A DNA stretch of 64,000 bases from assembly GCA_963716145.1 (NCBI GenBank), contig OY970292.1, positions 822,528-886,527 on the forward strand. Reading direction: 5' to 3'. The position numbers and the translations under genes are program-made. The stretch comes from Candidatus Levyibacteriota bacterium. GTDB taxonomy: Bacteria > Patescibacteriota > Microgenomatia > Levybacterales > UBA12049. Under the pieces are notes generated by a model, which did no database searches, was not told the DNA's origin, and was given only the letters and a program-made list of their open reading frames with translations. Positions 20,477 to 30,982 of the stretch are shown here, in pieces. The first letter of the stretch is position 1. Each line of letters opens with the position of its first letter.

Positions 20477-22603
20477 ATGGCTGATCAATCACGAAACGTA
20501 CCGCTGGACAAAATCCGAAATATCGGCATTATTGCCCATATTGATGCTGGTAAAACCACGACAACAGAGCGAATTCTTTACTATACCGGTAAAACATACA
20601 AGATCGGAGACATTGATGAAGGAAACACCCAGATGGACTGGATGGAGCAGGAAAAAGAGCGCGGGATTACTATTGTTTCAGCTGCCACCACTGCTTTCTG
20701 GACACACTCCCAAAATCCAACCGACCCATACCGCATAAATATTATCGATACTCCCGGACACGTTGACTTTACAGCTGAAGTTGAGCGCTCACTCCGTGTT
20801 CTTGACGGCGGAGTCACAGTTCTTGATGCCGAAGAAGGAGTCCAGTCACAATCCGAAACAGTCTGGAGACAAGCAGACAAATACAAAGTTCCTAGACTTT
20901 GCTTTGTTAACAAAATGGATAAATTGGGAGCTGATTTTCTATACACGATCGGAACGATTGAAGATCGGCTTGGTGCGAATTGTGCGATTATGGTCCTTCC
21001 AATTGGTGCTGAGAACACATATGTCGGAAATGTCGACCTCTTAACCCGCCAATCTTACACTTGGGGCTCGGAAGAGTTGGGTGCAAAATATGATGTAAAA
21101 GATGAAGTGCCTGAGGAGATGAAGGAAAAAGTCGAGGAATACCGCAATAAGCTGATTGAGAAAATCTCAGAAACAGATGACGCGCTTCTCGAAAAATACC
21201 TCGGAGGAGAAGAGCCGACAGTTGATGAGCTCAAAAAGGCTCTGCGCGCAGCAGTTATTGCATATAAGCTAGTCCCAATTTTCGCCGGGACTTCGCTTCG
21301 AAACAAAGGTGTCCAGCCGCTACTTGATGCTGTTGTTGATTATCTTCCCTCACCCGTTGATCTGAAAGAAGTAAAAGGACTAAATCCCAAAACAGGAGAT
21401 GAAGAAATCCGCCAGCTCGTACAAGACGCGCCTATGGCTGGTCTTGCTTTTAAAATCCAGAATGACCCGCACGTTGGAAAGCTTTCATATTTTAGAGTTT
21501 ACTCGGGAACTCTGGTTTCAGGCTCATATATATACAACAGTACAAAAGGCGTAAAAGAGCGTGTGGGTCGGATCCTTTTGATGCATGCCAATAACCGTGA
21601 GGAGATAAAAGAAGCATATGCTGGTGAAATTGTGGCTGTGGTTGGGCTCAAAGATACCATAACAGGAGATACCCTTTGTGATGAGGCAAAGCCGATTGTT
21701 CTTGAGCAGATTACATTTCCCGAGCCTGTCATTTCTCTTGCCATTGAGCCAAAAACAAAATCAGATCAGGAAAAACTCGGCTTTTCCATAAAGCGGCTAA
21801 CTGAGGAGGACCCTACATTTTCGGTTAAATCCAACCACGAAACAGGCCAGACAATTATCTCAGGAATTGGAGAACTTCAGCTTGAGATTATGGTTGATAG
21901 GATGAAGCGGGAGTTTGGTGTTGAGGCCAATGTCGGAGCTCCGATGGTTGCGTATAAAGAGACAATTGAGCAGGAGACTGAGGCTGAGGGGAAATATATC
22001 AAGCAATCAGGAGGACGCGGTCAATATGGCCATTGTTTCCTAAGAGTTACACCGGTGCCACGAGGCGAGGGATACTCATTTGTTAACGCTATAAAAGGTG
22101 GCGCGATTCCTGCGGAATTTGTCAAAGCGGTTGAAAAAGGAGCCAAAGAAACCTTGGAAAACGGAGTTCTGCTTGGATATCCTCTAATTGATGTACAAGT
22201 TACTTGCTATGACGGTTCATATCATGATGTTGATTCTTCAGAAATTGCGTTTAAAATAGCAGCCAGTCAGGCAATCCAAGCTGCCACCAAAAAAGCCGGT
22301 ATTTCACTTCTTGAGCCGATCATGAAGGTTGAGGTTACAACCCCCTCTGAATATATGGGAGAAGTAATTGGGGATCTTTCATCCAAAAGAGCACAGATTT
22401 TGGGGTCTGAGGAGAAAAATAAAGCAACTATCATCATGGCCATGGTGCCACTTGCTGAATTCTCTGGGTACGCGACCCAGCTTCGTTCATTAACTCAGGG
22501 AAGAGCGCACTACTACATGGAGCCATCACATTATGAAGCAGTGCCTAAGAACATCGTCGAAGGCCTCCTTGCCAAGTCCACATTCACGGGAAGAGTTGAG
22601 TAA
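20477..22603 (+). CDS. fusA: translation elongation factor G
   Basis: 708 aa; G-domain motifs [21 protein letters not shown]; full-length EF-G order. Confidence 0.97.
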   Translation: MADQSRNVPLDKIRNIGIIAHIDAGKTTTTERILYYTGKTYKIGDIDEGNTQMDWMEQEKERGITIVSAATTAFWTHSQNPTDPYRINIIDTPGHVDFTAEVERSLRVLDGGVTVLDAEEGVQSQSETVWRQADKYKVPRLCFVNKMDKLGADFLYTIGTIEDRLGANCAIMVLPIGAENTYVGNVDLLTRQSYTWGSEELGAKYDVKDEVPEEMKEKVEEYRNKLIEKISETDDALLEKYLGGEEPTVDELKKALRAAVIAYKLVPIFAGTSLRNKGVQPLLDAVVDYLPSPVDLKEVKGLNPKTGDEEIRQLVQDAPMAGLAFKIQNDPHVGKLSYFRVYSGTLVSGSYIYNSTKGVKERVGRILLMHANNREEIKEAYAGEIVAVVGLKDTITGDTLCDEAKPIVLEQITFPEPVISLAIEPKTKSDQEKLGFSIKRLTEEDPTFSVKSNHETGQTIISGIGELQLEIMVDRMKREFGVEANVGAPMVAYKETIEQETEAEGKYIKQSGGRGQYGHCFLRVTPVPRGEGYSFVNAIKGGAIPAEFVKAVEKGAKETLENGVLLGYPLIDVQVTCYDGSYHDVDSSEIAFKIAASQAIQAATKKAGISLLEPIMKVEVTTPSEYMGEVIGDLSSKRAQILGSEEKNKATIIMAMVPLAEFSGYATQLRSLTQGRAHYYMEPSHYEAVPKNIVEGLLAKSTFTGRVE

Positions 22604-22632
22604 AAGTTTAAATTTTCCGCTATAATATTTTT

Positions 22633-23286
22633 ATGTCTACAGTTCTTGGGGTTTTTGCGCATCCGGATGATGAAGCGTTTTTTACAGGCGGGACGATTGC
22701 CACACTTGCGAAAGATCACGATGTCTACACAATTTGTATTACAGATGGTGCTGCAGGGGAGAATAGCAGCAATAAAAAGGGTGAACTTTCAGCTATAAGG
22801 CGCGAAGAGCTTTTGGAGGCTGGAAAAATTCTCGGTGTCAGAAAGACTTTTTTCCTGGATTATAAAGATGGAACTCTTTCCAATAATCTTTATCATGATA
22901 TTGCGGAAAAGATACAAAAAATCACTGACGAGCTGAGGCCTGAGATACTCCTTACATTTGAACTTCGCGGTATATCGGGACATATTGATCACATGGCGAC
23001 ATCTGTGATCACCTCCTACGTTTTTGAGAAAGTAGACTACATAAAAGAGCTTTGGTATTTCTGTAATACGGAAAAAATTAAAGAAACAATTGAAGATTAT
23101 TATATTTTTTGGCCACCAGGATACAAAGATTCTGATATCTCAAAGACTATTGATATTTCTCCTGTTTGGGATACAAAAGTTTCAGCTATGATAGCTCACA
23201 ACTCTCAAATGCATGATGTTATGCGTATTCTTAAACGTGCTGAAACCCAACCAAAAGAAGAAAACTTCATAATAGTTAAGAAATAA
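22633..23286 (+). CDS. PIG-L/LmbE-family N-acetylglucosaminyl deacetylase
   Basis: 217 aa; N-terminal VFAHPDDEAFFTGGT (HPDDE zinc-binding signature of the PIG-L family). Confidence 0.75.
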   Translation: MSTVLGVFAHPDDEAFFTGGTIATLAKDHDVYTICITDGAAGENSSNKKGELSAIRREELLEAGKILGVRKTFFLDYKDGTLSNNLYHDIAEKIQKITDELRPEILLTFELRGISGHIDHMATSVITSYVFEKVDYIKELWYFCNTEKIKETIEDYYIFWPPGYKDSDISKTIDISPVWDTKVSAMIAHNSQMHDVMRILKRAETQPKEENFIIVKK

Positions 23287-23290
23287 TTTT

Positions 23291-23686
23291 ATGGCGTTTA
23301 CAAAATACAGAATTTTAATTTATTCGGAAAATCCGGATAAGTTGATGGAATTTTACCGCGACATTTTGGAATTTAAACTTGTGGATCATTTAGATATTCC
23401 CGGAGACTATGGATATATGCTTAATATTGGGGGGGGGGACTTAAATGTTTGGATTGGGAAGCATTCTGAAATAAGAGGATCAGCAAAAGAAAATTTCAGA
23501 CACTTGTTCAATCTATATCCTGAAGAAGGGCTTGAGTACTGGTTTAATAAGATTAAAGATAAACCAGGAGTGAAAATTATTGCAGAGCCCTATCTCGCTC
23601 CATTCTCAACTCCTGACAATCAAGTTTGGTTCTGCACTTTTCTTGATCCTGAAGGAAACTGCTGGCAATTTGTTGGAAAAAAGTAG
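23291..23686 (+). CDS. VOC/glyoxalase-bleomycin-resistance family protein
   Basis: 131 aa; beta-alpha-beta-beta-beta-like pattern with EFYRDILEFKLVD; contains a 10-G homopolymer at 23429-23438. Confidence 0.5.
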   Translation: MAFTKYRILIYSENPDKLMEFYRDILEFKLVDHLDIPGDYGYMLNIGGGDLNVWIGKHSEIRGSAKENFRHLFNLYPEEGLEYWFNKIKDKPGVKIIAEPYLAPFSTPDNQVWFCTFLDPEGNCWQFVGKK

Positions 23687-23705
23687 AAAAGGTATAATAG
23701 GAGAC

Positions 23706-24800
23706 ATGAAAAAGTTTCTTTTTCTGGCCTTCATTCTTGCCGCTGCTTCTCTATTCGCTTTCAAGACAATCCGCCAAAACGTAAAAAGTGATTTGGCACA
23801 GCCCGTTGTCCTCCCCGCCCCAACGCCCATACCCACAGAAGTTGTAAAAGATATAAAAGGAGCAAGGATCACGCGGTCTTTATTTGTGCCTTACTGGTCA
23901 TTGGATAGTAAAAAAATTGATACGGTTGGATTTGATAAAATACTTTATTTTGGAATAACTCCTGGTACCAATGGCATCAACAAAACGGAAGCAGGCTATA
24001 CAGGAATGGATAAATTTGTGTCCGCAGTCCCCGCCGGACACCAAACAGAATTGGTTGTTCGGATGATTGACTCAGATATTACCTTCCCGATACTAAAAGA
24101 TACTGCAAAACAAAAAAAACTTATTGAGGATTCGATTGCTATCGCAAAAGAAAATGGGTTTTCAGGAATAGTTTTGGATCTCGAGATCTCTGCAGTTCCA
24201 TTTGAGTCATTAATCAAGCAGGTTAACACTTTTACTCAAGCGTTTCATTCGCAAACAAAAAAAAGTAATATAAAGTTCTCGTTGATGTTTTACGGAGACA
24301 GTTTTTACAGACTCAGGCCCTTTGATATTCAAGCACTCTCAAAAAACGGAGACCATTTTATGATCATGGCATATGATTTTAGCAAGTCCCGCGGAAATCC
24401 GGGCCCCAATTTTCCACTCAATGGTAAAGAAGTTTACGGATACGATATGAGTAAGATGACTGACGACTTTTTGCGGTTTTTACCAACCGATAAAACTAGC
24501 GTAGTGTTTGGGTTATTCGGATACGATTGGATAGTTGATGACAAGGGAACAGCAGTATCAACAGGAGAGCCAAAGACATATCAGCAGATTAAAAAAGAAT
24601 TTCTATCAGGATGCGTTTATAAAGATTGCGATATTAAAAGAAAAAATGATTCGGTTGAGATAGAAATTACATATACCGATAAAGAGGATAAAAAGCACAT
24701 TGTCTGGTTTGAAGACATGGAATCAGTTGGGAAAAAGCAAAAGTATCTACAGGGAAAAGGCATAAATAACTTCAGCTTCTGGGCGTATTCGTATTTTTGA
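23706..24800 (+). CDS. secreted glycoside hydrolase family 18-like protein
   Basis: ATG 23706 preceded by aggag; signal peptide MKKFLFLAFILAAASLFA; GIVLDLEIS (DxE-like catalytic region) and MAYD (GH18 MxYD motif). Confidence 0.5.
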   Translation: MKKFLFLAFILAAASLFAFKTIRQNVKSDLAQPVVLPAPTPIPTEVVKDIKGARITRSLFVPYWSLDSKKIDTVGFDKILYFGITPGTNGINKTEAGYTGMDKFVSAVPAGHQTELVVRMIDSDITFPILKDTAKQKKLIEDSIAIAKENGFSGIVLDLEISAVPFESLIKQVNTFTQAFHSQTKKSNIKFSLMFYGDSFYRLRPFDIQALSKNGDHFMIMAYDFSKSRGNPGPNFPLNGKEVYGYDMSKMTDDFLRFLPTDKTSVVFGLFGYDWIVDDKGTAVSTGEPKTYQQIKKEFLSGCVYKDCDIKRKNDSVEIEITYTDKEDKKHIVWFEDMESVGKKQKYLQGKGINNFSFWAYSYF

Positions 24801-24811
24801 TATTTTCCCTC

Positions 24812-24840
24812 TTGACGCTATTTAAAAAATATTGTATCAT
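24812..24840 (+). promoter_or_regulatory. promoter-like element TTGACG-17-TATCAT upstream of tuf
   Basis: cttgacgctatttaaaaaatattgtatcat; followed at 24850-24878 by hairpin tctcatc-gaga-gatgaga plus T-run. Confidence 0.3.
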
Positions 24841-24894
24841 TACATTCACTCTCATCGAGAGATGAGATTTATTTTTTTGTATTAATTAACCAAT

Positions 24895-26081
24895 ATGGCA
24901 GACACAAAATTTAACAGAACTAAACCACACGTAAATATCGGAACAATCGGTCACGTTGATCACGGTAAGACCACCACTTCAGCTGCAATTGCAACTGTTC
25001 TCTCCAAAGAAGGCGGATGGCAAAAGCAATGAAGTACGAAGATATTGATAACGCCCCTGAAGAAAAAGCCCGCGGAGTCACCATTAATATTTCCCACCTA
25101 GAATACGAAACAGAAAAACGACACTATGCACATATCGACGCTCCAGGACACGCTGATTATATTAAAAACATGATCACAGGTGCAGCTCAAATGGACGGAG
25201 CAATTCTAGTTGTTTCAGCGCCAGACGGACCTATGCCACAAACCCGTGAGCACATTCTTCTTGCACAACAAGTCGGAGTTCCAGCAATCGTTGTTTTCCT
25301 TAACAAATGTGACATGGTTCAGGATGAAGAGCTTTTGGACTTCGTTGAAATGGAAGTCCGAGAGCTTCTTACAAAATACGAATATCCAGGCGATAAAACT
25401 CCAATTATCCGCGGATCAGCACTTAAAGCACTTGAAGGAGACGCAGAAGCAGAAAAAGCAATCTTAGAGCTTATGGAAACAGTTGATGAATATATCCCAA
25501 CTCCTGAGCGAGCACTGGACAAGCCATTCTTAATGCCTGTTGAGGACGTTTTCTCAATCAAAGGTCGTGGAACAGTTGTTACCGGAAGAATTGAGAGAGG
25601 AATAGTTAAAGTAAACGAAGCTGTTGAGATCGTCGGACTTGATAAGAACAAAGAATCAGTTGTAACCGGAGTTGAAATGTTCAAAAAACAGCTTGATGAT
25701 GGACAAGCAGGAGACAATGTTGGACTTCTTCTCAGAGGTCTTGAAAAAGACAGACGTTGAACGCGGCCAAGTTATTGCAAAACCAGGAACTATTACTCCT
25801 CACACAGAATTTGAAGCAGAAGCATATATCTTAACCAAAGAAGAAGGCGGACGACACACACCATTCTTTACAGGATACCGCCCACAATTTTATATCAGAA
25901 CAACTGATGTTACCGGAACAGCAACACTTCCAACAGGTGTTGAGATGGTTATGCCTGGAGACAAACAAAAATGACAGTAAAACTTATTGTGCCAGTTGCC
26001 CTTGAAGAAGGACTCCGATATGCAATCCGAGAAGGTGGAAAGACAGTCGGAGCAGGAGTAATTACCAAAATAATAAAATAA
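24895..26081 (+). CDS. tuf: translation elongation factor Tu; reading frame broken at at least three positions (about 25015, 25745, 25968), likely sequence errors
   Basis: [27 protein letters not shown]...; frame shifts after VLSKEGG (gga-tgg should be gga atg), before [10 protein letters not shown] and before [35 protein letters not shown]; all three pieces are canonical EF-Tu. Confidence 0.9.
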
Positions 26082-26088
26082 CCTAAAG

Positions 26089-26111
26089 AACCCGAGAAAT
26101 CGGGTTTTTTT
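26089..26111 (+). terminator. rho-independent terminator after tuf
   Basis: aacccgagaaatcgggttttttt: 5-bp GC stem, GAAA loop, T7. Confidence 0.7.
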
Positions 26112-26160
26112 GCCCGCTTCGCAGCGAGGCGAGTTCTTTAAAAGTTTGTTAGGGAAACAT

Positions 26161-26472
26161 ATGCCAAAAGGAAGAATCAGAGTCACGATTAAAAAGTTAT
26201 GATGCGCGCGTCTTGGATGCGTGTTGTCAGCAGATATTGGATTCGGTTATAAGAACCGGAGCTAAAGTTGTTGGTCCAGTTCCTCTACCCACAGACAGAC
26301 AGCTTTACGCTGTGAATAAATCACCATTTATTGATAAAGAACGCAAGAGATCATTTTGAGATCAGAGTTCACAAGCGCTTGATTGATATCATGTCACCGA
26401 CAGACAAAACAATTGACAGTTTAACAAATTTGGCTCTACCAGCAGGAGTAGATGTAGAGTTGAAGATGTAGT
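26161..26472 (+). CDS. rpsJ: 30S ribosomal protein S10; frame interrupted by several 1-nt indels
   Basis: [19 protein letters not shown]... and ...[41 protein letters not shown] recovered only by switching frames (stops at 26200 and 26359). Confidence 0.8.
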
Positions 26473-26594
26473 TTTACATTTTAATTATAAATGCCCAACC
26501 AACAATTGAATATTAAAATGGTAGATCGATTAAAAATGCTTAGCTAAGCCACCCCATTTAGAGGGGATCAGATCACACAAGTGTGAAATATGAT

Positions 26595-26620
26595 GATAGC
26601 CTAAGGGCTATCTTTTTTTT
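26595..26620 (+). terminator. hairpin plus T8 between rpsJ and rplC
   Basis: gatagcctaagggctatctttttttt: 7-bp stem, taag loop, T8. Confidence 0.55.
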
Positions 26621-26642
26621 GTCGATAAGAATACGCAATAAT

Positions 26643-27356
26643 ATGATTAATACATTAATAGGACAAAAAGTAAGTCAGGCGCAAAGTTTCCGGCAAGATG
26701 GGCTTCGGATTCCTGTCACGGAAATTGCGTTATCAGATAACGTGGTTTTGCAGGTAAAAAACGCTGATAGAGATGCTTATTCTGCTGTTCAATTAGGCGC
26801 AGGTCTTAAAAAGAAGCCAAACAAAGCATTTCTGGGACACGCAAAAAAAGCAGGTCAGGAAAAAGCACCTTTAAAGATTAAAGAAATTTCGGTTATCGGC
26901 ATAAATGTTGATGATTTGCCCAAAGCTGGTGATCAAATAGCACTGGATGCTGTATTTAAGCCGGGAGACGTTGTGCAGGTAACCGGTACATCAAAAGGAA
27001 AAGGTTTTGCCGGCGTAGTACGGCGCTACAATTTCAGAGGCGGTCCCAAGACTCATGGACAATCCGACAGGCACAGAGCTCCCGGATCAATCGGGCAGTC
27101 AACAACTCCGGGAAGAGTATACAAAGGAAAAAGAATGGCAGGTCGAATGGGATCTGACACTGTCACTGTCAAAAATTTGACAGTTGTTGATGTTGATTCT
27201 GAAAATAAAAAACTCTATGTTTCAGGGCTTGTTCCCGGACACAGAAGCTCATGGCTTTATATCACCAAAACAGGCGAGGACAAAAAATTTGTACCGTTAA
27301 TTAGTGATAAAGAAGAGGTTGCGGAAGAGGAGAAGGTTCCAAGTAGAAGAAGTTAA
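26643..27356 (+). CDS. rplC: 50S ribosomal protein L3 (acidic tail may continue to 27600 in another frame)
   Basis: MINTLIGQKVSQAQSFRQDGLRIPVTEIAL... typical uL3; RBS-less internal start chosen at 26643; the ORF track starts further upstream across the terminator. Confidence 0.85.
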   Translation: MINTLIGQKVSQAQSFRQDGLRIPVTEIALSDNVVLQVKNADRDAYSAVQLGAGLKKKPNKAFLGHAKKAGQEKAPLKIKEISVIGINVDDLPKAGDQIALDAVFKPGDVVQVTGTSKGKGFAGVVRRYNFRGGPKTHGQSDRHRAPGSIGQSTTPGRVYKGKRMAGRMGSDTVTVKNLTVVDVDSENKKLYVSGLVPGHRSSWLYITKTGEDKKFVPLISDKEEVAEEEKVPSRRS

Positions 27357-27600
27357 AGCAGAGGCAAAAATTGATGAAGCGCCTGTCGAGGTTGCTCATG
27401 ATTCGGAAGTAGTCAAGTTTGAGGTAGAGCAGGCAGAAGAAGCAAAGGATGCAGCAGAAGCTGTTGTTGCTCCTGAAGAGACTGTAAAGACAGCAGCAGA
27501 TACTGTTAAAACTGCAGAAGAGACAGTTGAAGCACCGGCTGAAGAAGTTAAGGCTTCAGAGGAGTCTGTTGCTGAGCCAAAGAAGGAGGAAAATGTCTAA
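27304..27600 (+). CDS. Glu/Ala/Val-rich acidic low-complexity ORF, probable C-terminal extension of L3 displaced by an indel
   Basis: EEVKAEAKIDEAPVEV...AEETVEAPAEEVKASEESVAEPKKEENV; overlaps the L3 end in the +1 frame. Confidence 0.35.
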   Translation: MIKKRLRKRRRFQVEEVKAEAKIDEAPVEVAHDSEVVKFEVEQAEEAKDAAEAVVAPEETVKTAADTVKTAEETVEAPAEEVKASEESVAEPKKEENV

Positions 27601-28420
27601 GACAAGTTTAAAGTTAAAAGTTAAAAGTTCAAAAGTAGTTAAAAAACCAGCTAAGGCGCCTAAAGTTCTTCTTAAAAAAGAAGCGTTAAAGGTCGTAAAG
27701 TCTGGCGAAGCTAGATCCCGCTCCGCGGGACAAAAGACCGTTTCAAAAACTGTTAAAGCAGAATCTATTAATCTAACAGTCAGCGTTTATGGCTTGGACG
27801 GCAAAGTTAGCGGAAAAGTATCTTTGCCAAAAGAAATTTTTGGAGAGATAGTTAATAAAAAACTTTTGGCACAAGCTGTACGGGTTTACCAAGCAAACAA
27901 AAGACAAGGAAATGCAAATACCAAAACCCGGGGAGAAGTAGACGGATCAACTAGGAAGATTTACAAACAAAAAGGAACGGGAAAAGCACGACACGGCTCG
28001 GTTCGTGCCCCTATATTTGTAAAAGGTGGAATAGTTCATGGCCCAAGAGTTCGTGATTTTGGCCTTGAATTACCCAAAAAAATGAAGAGAAAAGCGCTCT
28101 TTTCCGCCCTTTCGGCAAAATTGCAGGATGGAGAAGTAAAAGTTCTTTCAGGTCTTGAAAAAATTACACCTAAAACTAAACAATTTGCAGCTGTCATAGA
28201 AAAATTAGCATTTGAAGGAAATAATAAAAAATTGCTTTTAGTTGCGCCTGATAATTTTGACAACGCGAAGCGGGCATCGCGCAATCTTACAGGCATAACA
28301 AATACATCGGCTCTTAGGCTGAACGCGCTTGAGGTATTGAGTAGTAAATATCTACTTTTTACAAAAGAAGCAATTATTGAGATGGAGACGTATTTTTTGA
28401 AAAAAGGAGCAACAAAATGA
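27593..28420 (+). CDS. rplD: 50S ribosomal protein L4 with Lys-rich N-terminal extension
   Basis: ATG 27593 after aaggagga; MSKTSLKLKVKSSKVVKK...; core INLTVSVYGLDGK...YKQKGTGKARHGS is typical uL4. Confidence 0.85.
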   Translation: MSKTSLKLKVKSSKVVKKPAKAPKVLLKKEALKVVKSGEARSRSAGQKTVSKTVKAESINLTVSVYGLDGKVSGKVSLPKEIFGEIVNKKLLAQAVRVYQANKRQGNANTKTRGEVDGSTRKIYKQKGTGKARHGSVRAPIFVKGGIVHGPRVRDFGLELPKKMKRKALFSALSAKLQDGEVKVLSGLEKITPKTKQFAAVIEKLAFEGNNKKLLLVAPDNFDNAKRASRNLTGITNTSALRLNALEVLSSKYLLFTKEAIIEMETYFLKKGATK

Positions 28421-28734
28421 ATAACACAATAATTATAAAGCCTGTTGTTACTGAAAAATCAATGCAAAGTGGTGGCCCTGCCAAGTTTACATTTATGGTT
28501 GATGCGTTTGCAACAAAAACAGATATAAAAAATGCACTTAAAGAGTCATTTGGAGTAAATGTTGTGTCTGTTTCAACAAGTAAGATCAAGGGAAAAAGGA
28601 AAAGAATCGGAGCGCGAAGACTTGAGGTGCAGGAGCAAGCAACAAAAAAAGCAACAGTAATGCTCAGAAAAGGAGAAAAGCTCTCAATTTTTGAATCGGG
28701 AACAGACGAAGAAAAGAAGAAAAAGAAAAAATAA
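28417..28734 (+). CDS. rplW: 50S ribosomal protein L23
   Basis: 105 aa; [11 protein letters not shown]... uL23 pattern; Lys-rich tail. Confidence 0.9.
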   Translation: MNNTIIIKPVVTEKSMQSGGPAKFTFMVDAFATKTDIKNALKESFGVNVVSVSTSKIKGKRKRIGARRLEVQEQATKKATVMLRKGEKLSIFESGTDEEKKKKKK

Positions 28735-28736
28735 TT

Positions 28737-29488
28737 ATGAAAAAATTAAAAACAATTAAAAAAAAACATTCCGGACGCGACGCAAGCGGACAGGTATCAG
28801 TTCGTCATCAGGGCGGACAACACAAGAGATTTGTCAGGAGCATTGATTTTAAAAGAGATAAATTTGATATAGTTGGGAAAGTTTTGGGGATTGAATATGA
28901 TCCAAATAGAACTTGTGACATTGCTCTGGTTCAATACACCGATGGAGATAAGCGCTATATGTTGGCTCCACATCGGATTAAAGATAAATGATACAATAGT
29001 GTCCGGCAAGAGTGTGGATGCGGTTTTGGGTAACTCGCTTCCTCTGTCAAACATTCCGCTCGGAACAATGGTTCACAATGTTGAACTAACACCAGGCAAG
29101 GGTGGACAAATCGCAAGGAGCGCCGGGACTGGAGCAATTGTTACAGCAAAAGAAGGCGATTTCGTACATCTGAAGATGCCCTCAGGTGAAATGAGGAAAG
29201 TCCGCGTTATGGCTCATGGCAACCGTCGGACAATTGGGAAATGAGGATTGGAAAAATGAGCAATTGGGAAAAGCAGGGAGAGCCCGAAATATGGGTAGAC
29301 GCCCGACCGTCCGGGGAGTAGCGCAAAACCCAAGATCTCATCCGCATGGAGGAGGAGAAGGACGATCTGGTATCGGTATGCCCGGGCCAAAGACTTTTGC
29401 AGGAAGAGCGGCTGTAGGTAACACTCGAAAAAAGAAAAAATATTCAGATAAATATATTTTAAAGAGAAGAAAGACTAAGAGAGGATAG
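28737..29488 (+). CDS. rplB: 50S ribosomal protein L2; split into three frames by indels
   Basis: fragments 28737..28991, 28873..29244 and 29216..29488 together read as uL2 (…[44 protein letters not shown]…[26 protein letters not shown]…). Confidence 0.85.
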
Positions 29489-29515
29489 TTCGACTAGCTC
29501 ACTATAAACAAAATT

Positions 29516-29801
29516 ATGGGAAGAAGTACAAAAAAAGGACCATACATAGACGCAAAATTAATGAAAAAGGTTATGCTGCAAAAAGCAGGCAGTAACCGCG
29601 ACGGAATAAAAACCTGGGCAAGAGCTTGCCAGATTCCACCTGAATTTGTGGGTCACACATTTATGGTGCACAACGGGAAAAATTTTATCAAAGTGCTATG
29701 TTAATGAAAATATGGTTGGTTCACGTCTTGGTGAATTCTCACCAACCCGGATGTTCCGAGGTCACGGAAAAGTTGTAGCACGAGAGATAAGTAAGACTTA
29801 A
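29516..29801 (+). CDS. rpsS: 30S ribosomal protein S19; frameshift near 29695
   Basis: [19 protein letters not shown]...HNGKNFIKV, then in +1 frame [31 protein letters not shown]. Confidence 0.85.
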
Positions 29802-29805
29802 AGAT

Positions 29806-30175
29806 ATGGAAGTTAGAGCAATAGCAAAATCAGTCAGAATGAGTCCAAGAAAAGTGAGGCTTGTTGCGGATGCGATAAGGCAGCTTTCAATTGAGCAAGC
29901 TTTTATCGTTCTTGAAGCCACACAAAATAGAGCGGCTGCACCACTTTCCAAAACGCTTCAAGAGCGCTGTTGCAAACGCAATTATGAATAACAATCTTGA
30001 CCGAGAAAATTTAATAATCGAAAGTATCATGGTGAATGAAGGGCAAGCCCTGAAAAGGTTTCACCCCAGTCACGAGGACGTGATACATCCTTACAAAAAA
30101 AAGAGCAGCCATATAACAATTGTTTTGAAAGAAAAAGCTGTTAAGAAGCCTGCGGTTCGTAAAAGCAGATTCTAA
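29806..30175 (+). CDS. rplV: 50S ribosomal protein L22; frameshift near 29940
   Basis: MEVRAIAKSVRMSPRKVRLVADAIRQLSIEQA..., continuing in another frame with ...IMNNNLDRENLIIESIMVNEGQALKRFHPSHEDVIHPYKKKSSHITIVLKE. Confidence 0.8.
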
Positions 30176-30240
30176 AAAAGCAGAAAAAGACGATAAAACA
30201 AGAAACAGTATTCGTTAAAACAGATAAGAAGAAAGGAGGG

Positions 30241-30317
30241 GGAAAATAAATTTCAAATATCAAATTTCAAATATCAAATTTCAAATAGATTTGATAGGAA
30301 ATTGGAAATTGGAAATT
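30241..30317. repeat. intergenic tandem repeats upstream of rpsC: (AAATTTCAAATATC)x2.7 and (GGAAATT)x4
   Basis: aaatttcaaatatcaaatttcaaatatcaaatttcaaatag ... ggaaattggaaattggaaattggaaatt, directly before RBS aggagg. Confidence 0.85.
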
Positions 30318-30339
30318 GGAAATTCTCCGAAGGAGGCAT

Positions 30340-30981
30340 ATGGGACAAAAAGTTAATCCACACGTTGTAAGACTTGGTAATGTGTTTAGCTGGGCAAGCC
30401 GATGGTTTGATGAGAGAAAGTACAAAGAAACTTTACTTCAGGATTTTACTCTTCGAAAATGCTGATGAATAAGTTAAGACCGGCAGGTATTGCAAAAGTT
30501 GAAATTGAGCGCTCAATTAACAGTCTGAAAATTATTATTTTTGTCTCACGTCCCGGAATTGTGATAGGCAGAGGCGGATCAGGTCTTGAAGATCTTAAGA
30601 AAAGCATAGTCAAGTTTTTCGCTAAGCAAACCGGTGCAAATATGTCGAAATTGGATATCCGGGTTGAGCCGGTAAAAGACCCGAATCTGGACGCATATCT
30701 TGTAGCGGTAAGTATTTCAGATCAGCTGATCAGAAGACTTCCGTATAAAAGAATTTTGCATCAACAGCCGAGCGTGTGATGAAAGCGGTGCAAAGGGTGT
30801 TAAGATTTTACTGACCGGAAGAATCGGCGGTTCTGAAATTGCGAGACGGGAGAAAATTCATTTCGGTACAGTCCCACTATCAACAATCCGAGAAAATATA
30901 AGTTACGTAAGCTATCCGTCATTAACAAAAAAGGGTTATATCGGGATTAAAGTTTGGATAAATAAACCAGAAGAAAAATAG
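30340..30981 (+). CDS. rpsC: 30S ribosomal protein S3; multiple frame interruptions
   Basis: ATG 30340 after aggagg; [23 protein letters not shown]...; KH-domain and C-terminal [12 protein letters not shown] pieces lie in different frames (ORF 30459..30779 is the middle part). Confidence 0.8.
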
Positions 30982-30982
30982 T

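Noticed and set aside
20581-21744. Antisense ORFs inside fusA (20581..21018, 21055..21306, 21499..21744 minus) and similar antisense ORFs inside tuf, secY and the giant genes
   Set aside because: They lie opposite highly conserved coding sequence. Ser/Pro/Arg-rich translations are typical of spurious antisense frames
30241-30317. Possible CRISPR array suggested by short tandem repeats
   Set aside because: Units are 7-14 nt with no spacers. No cas1/cas2 is present. Comparable 7-mer tandems occur within coding sequences
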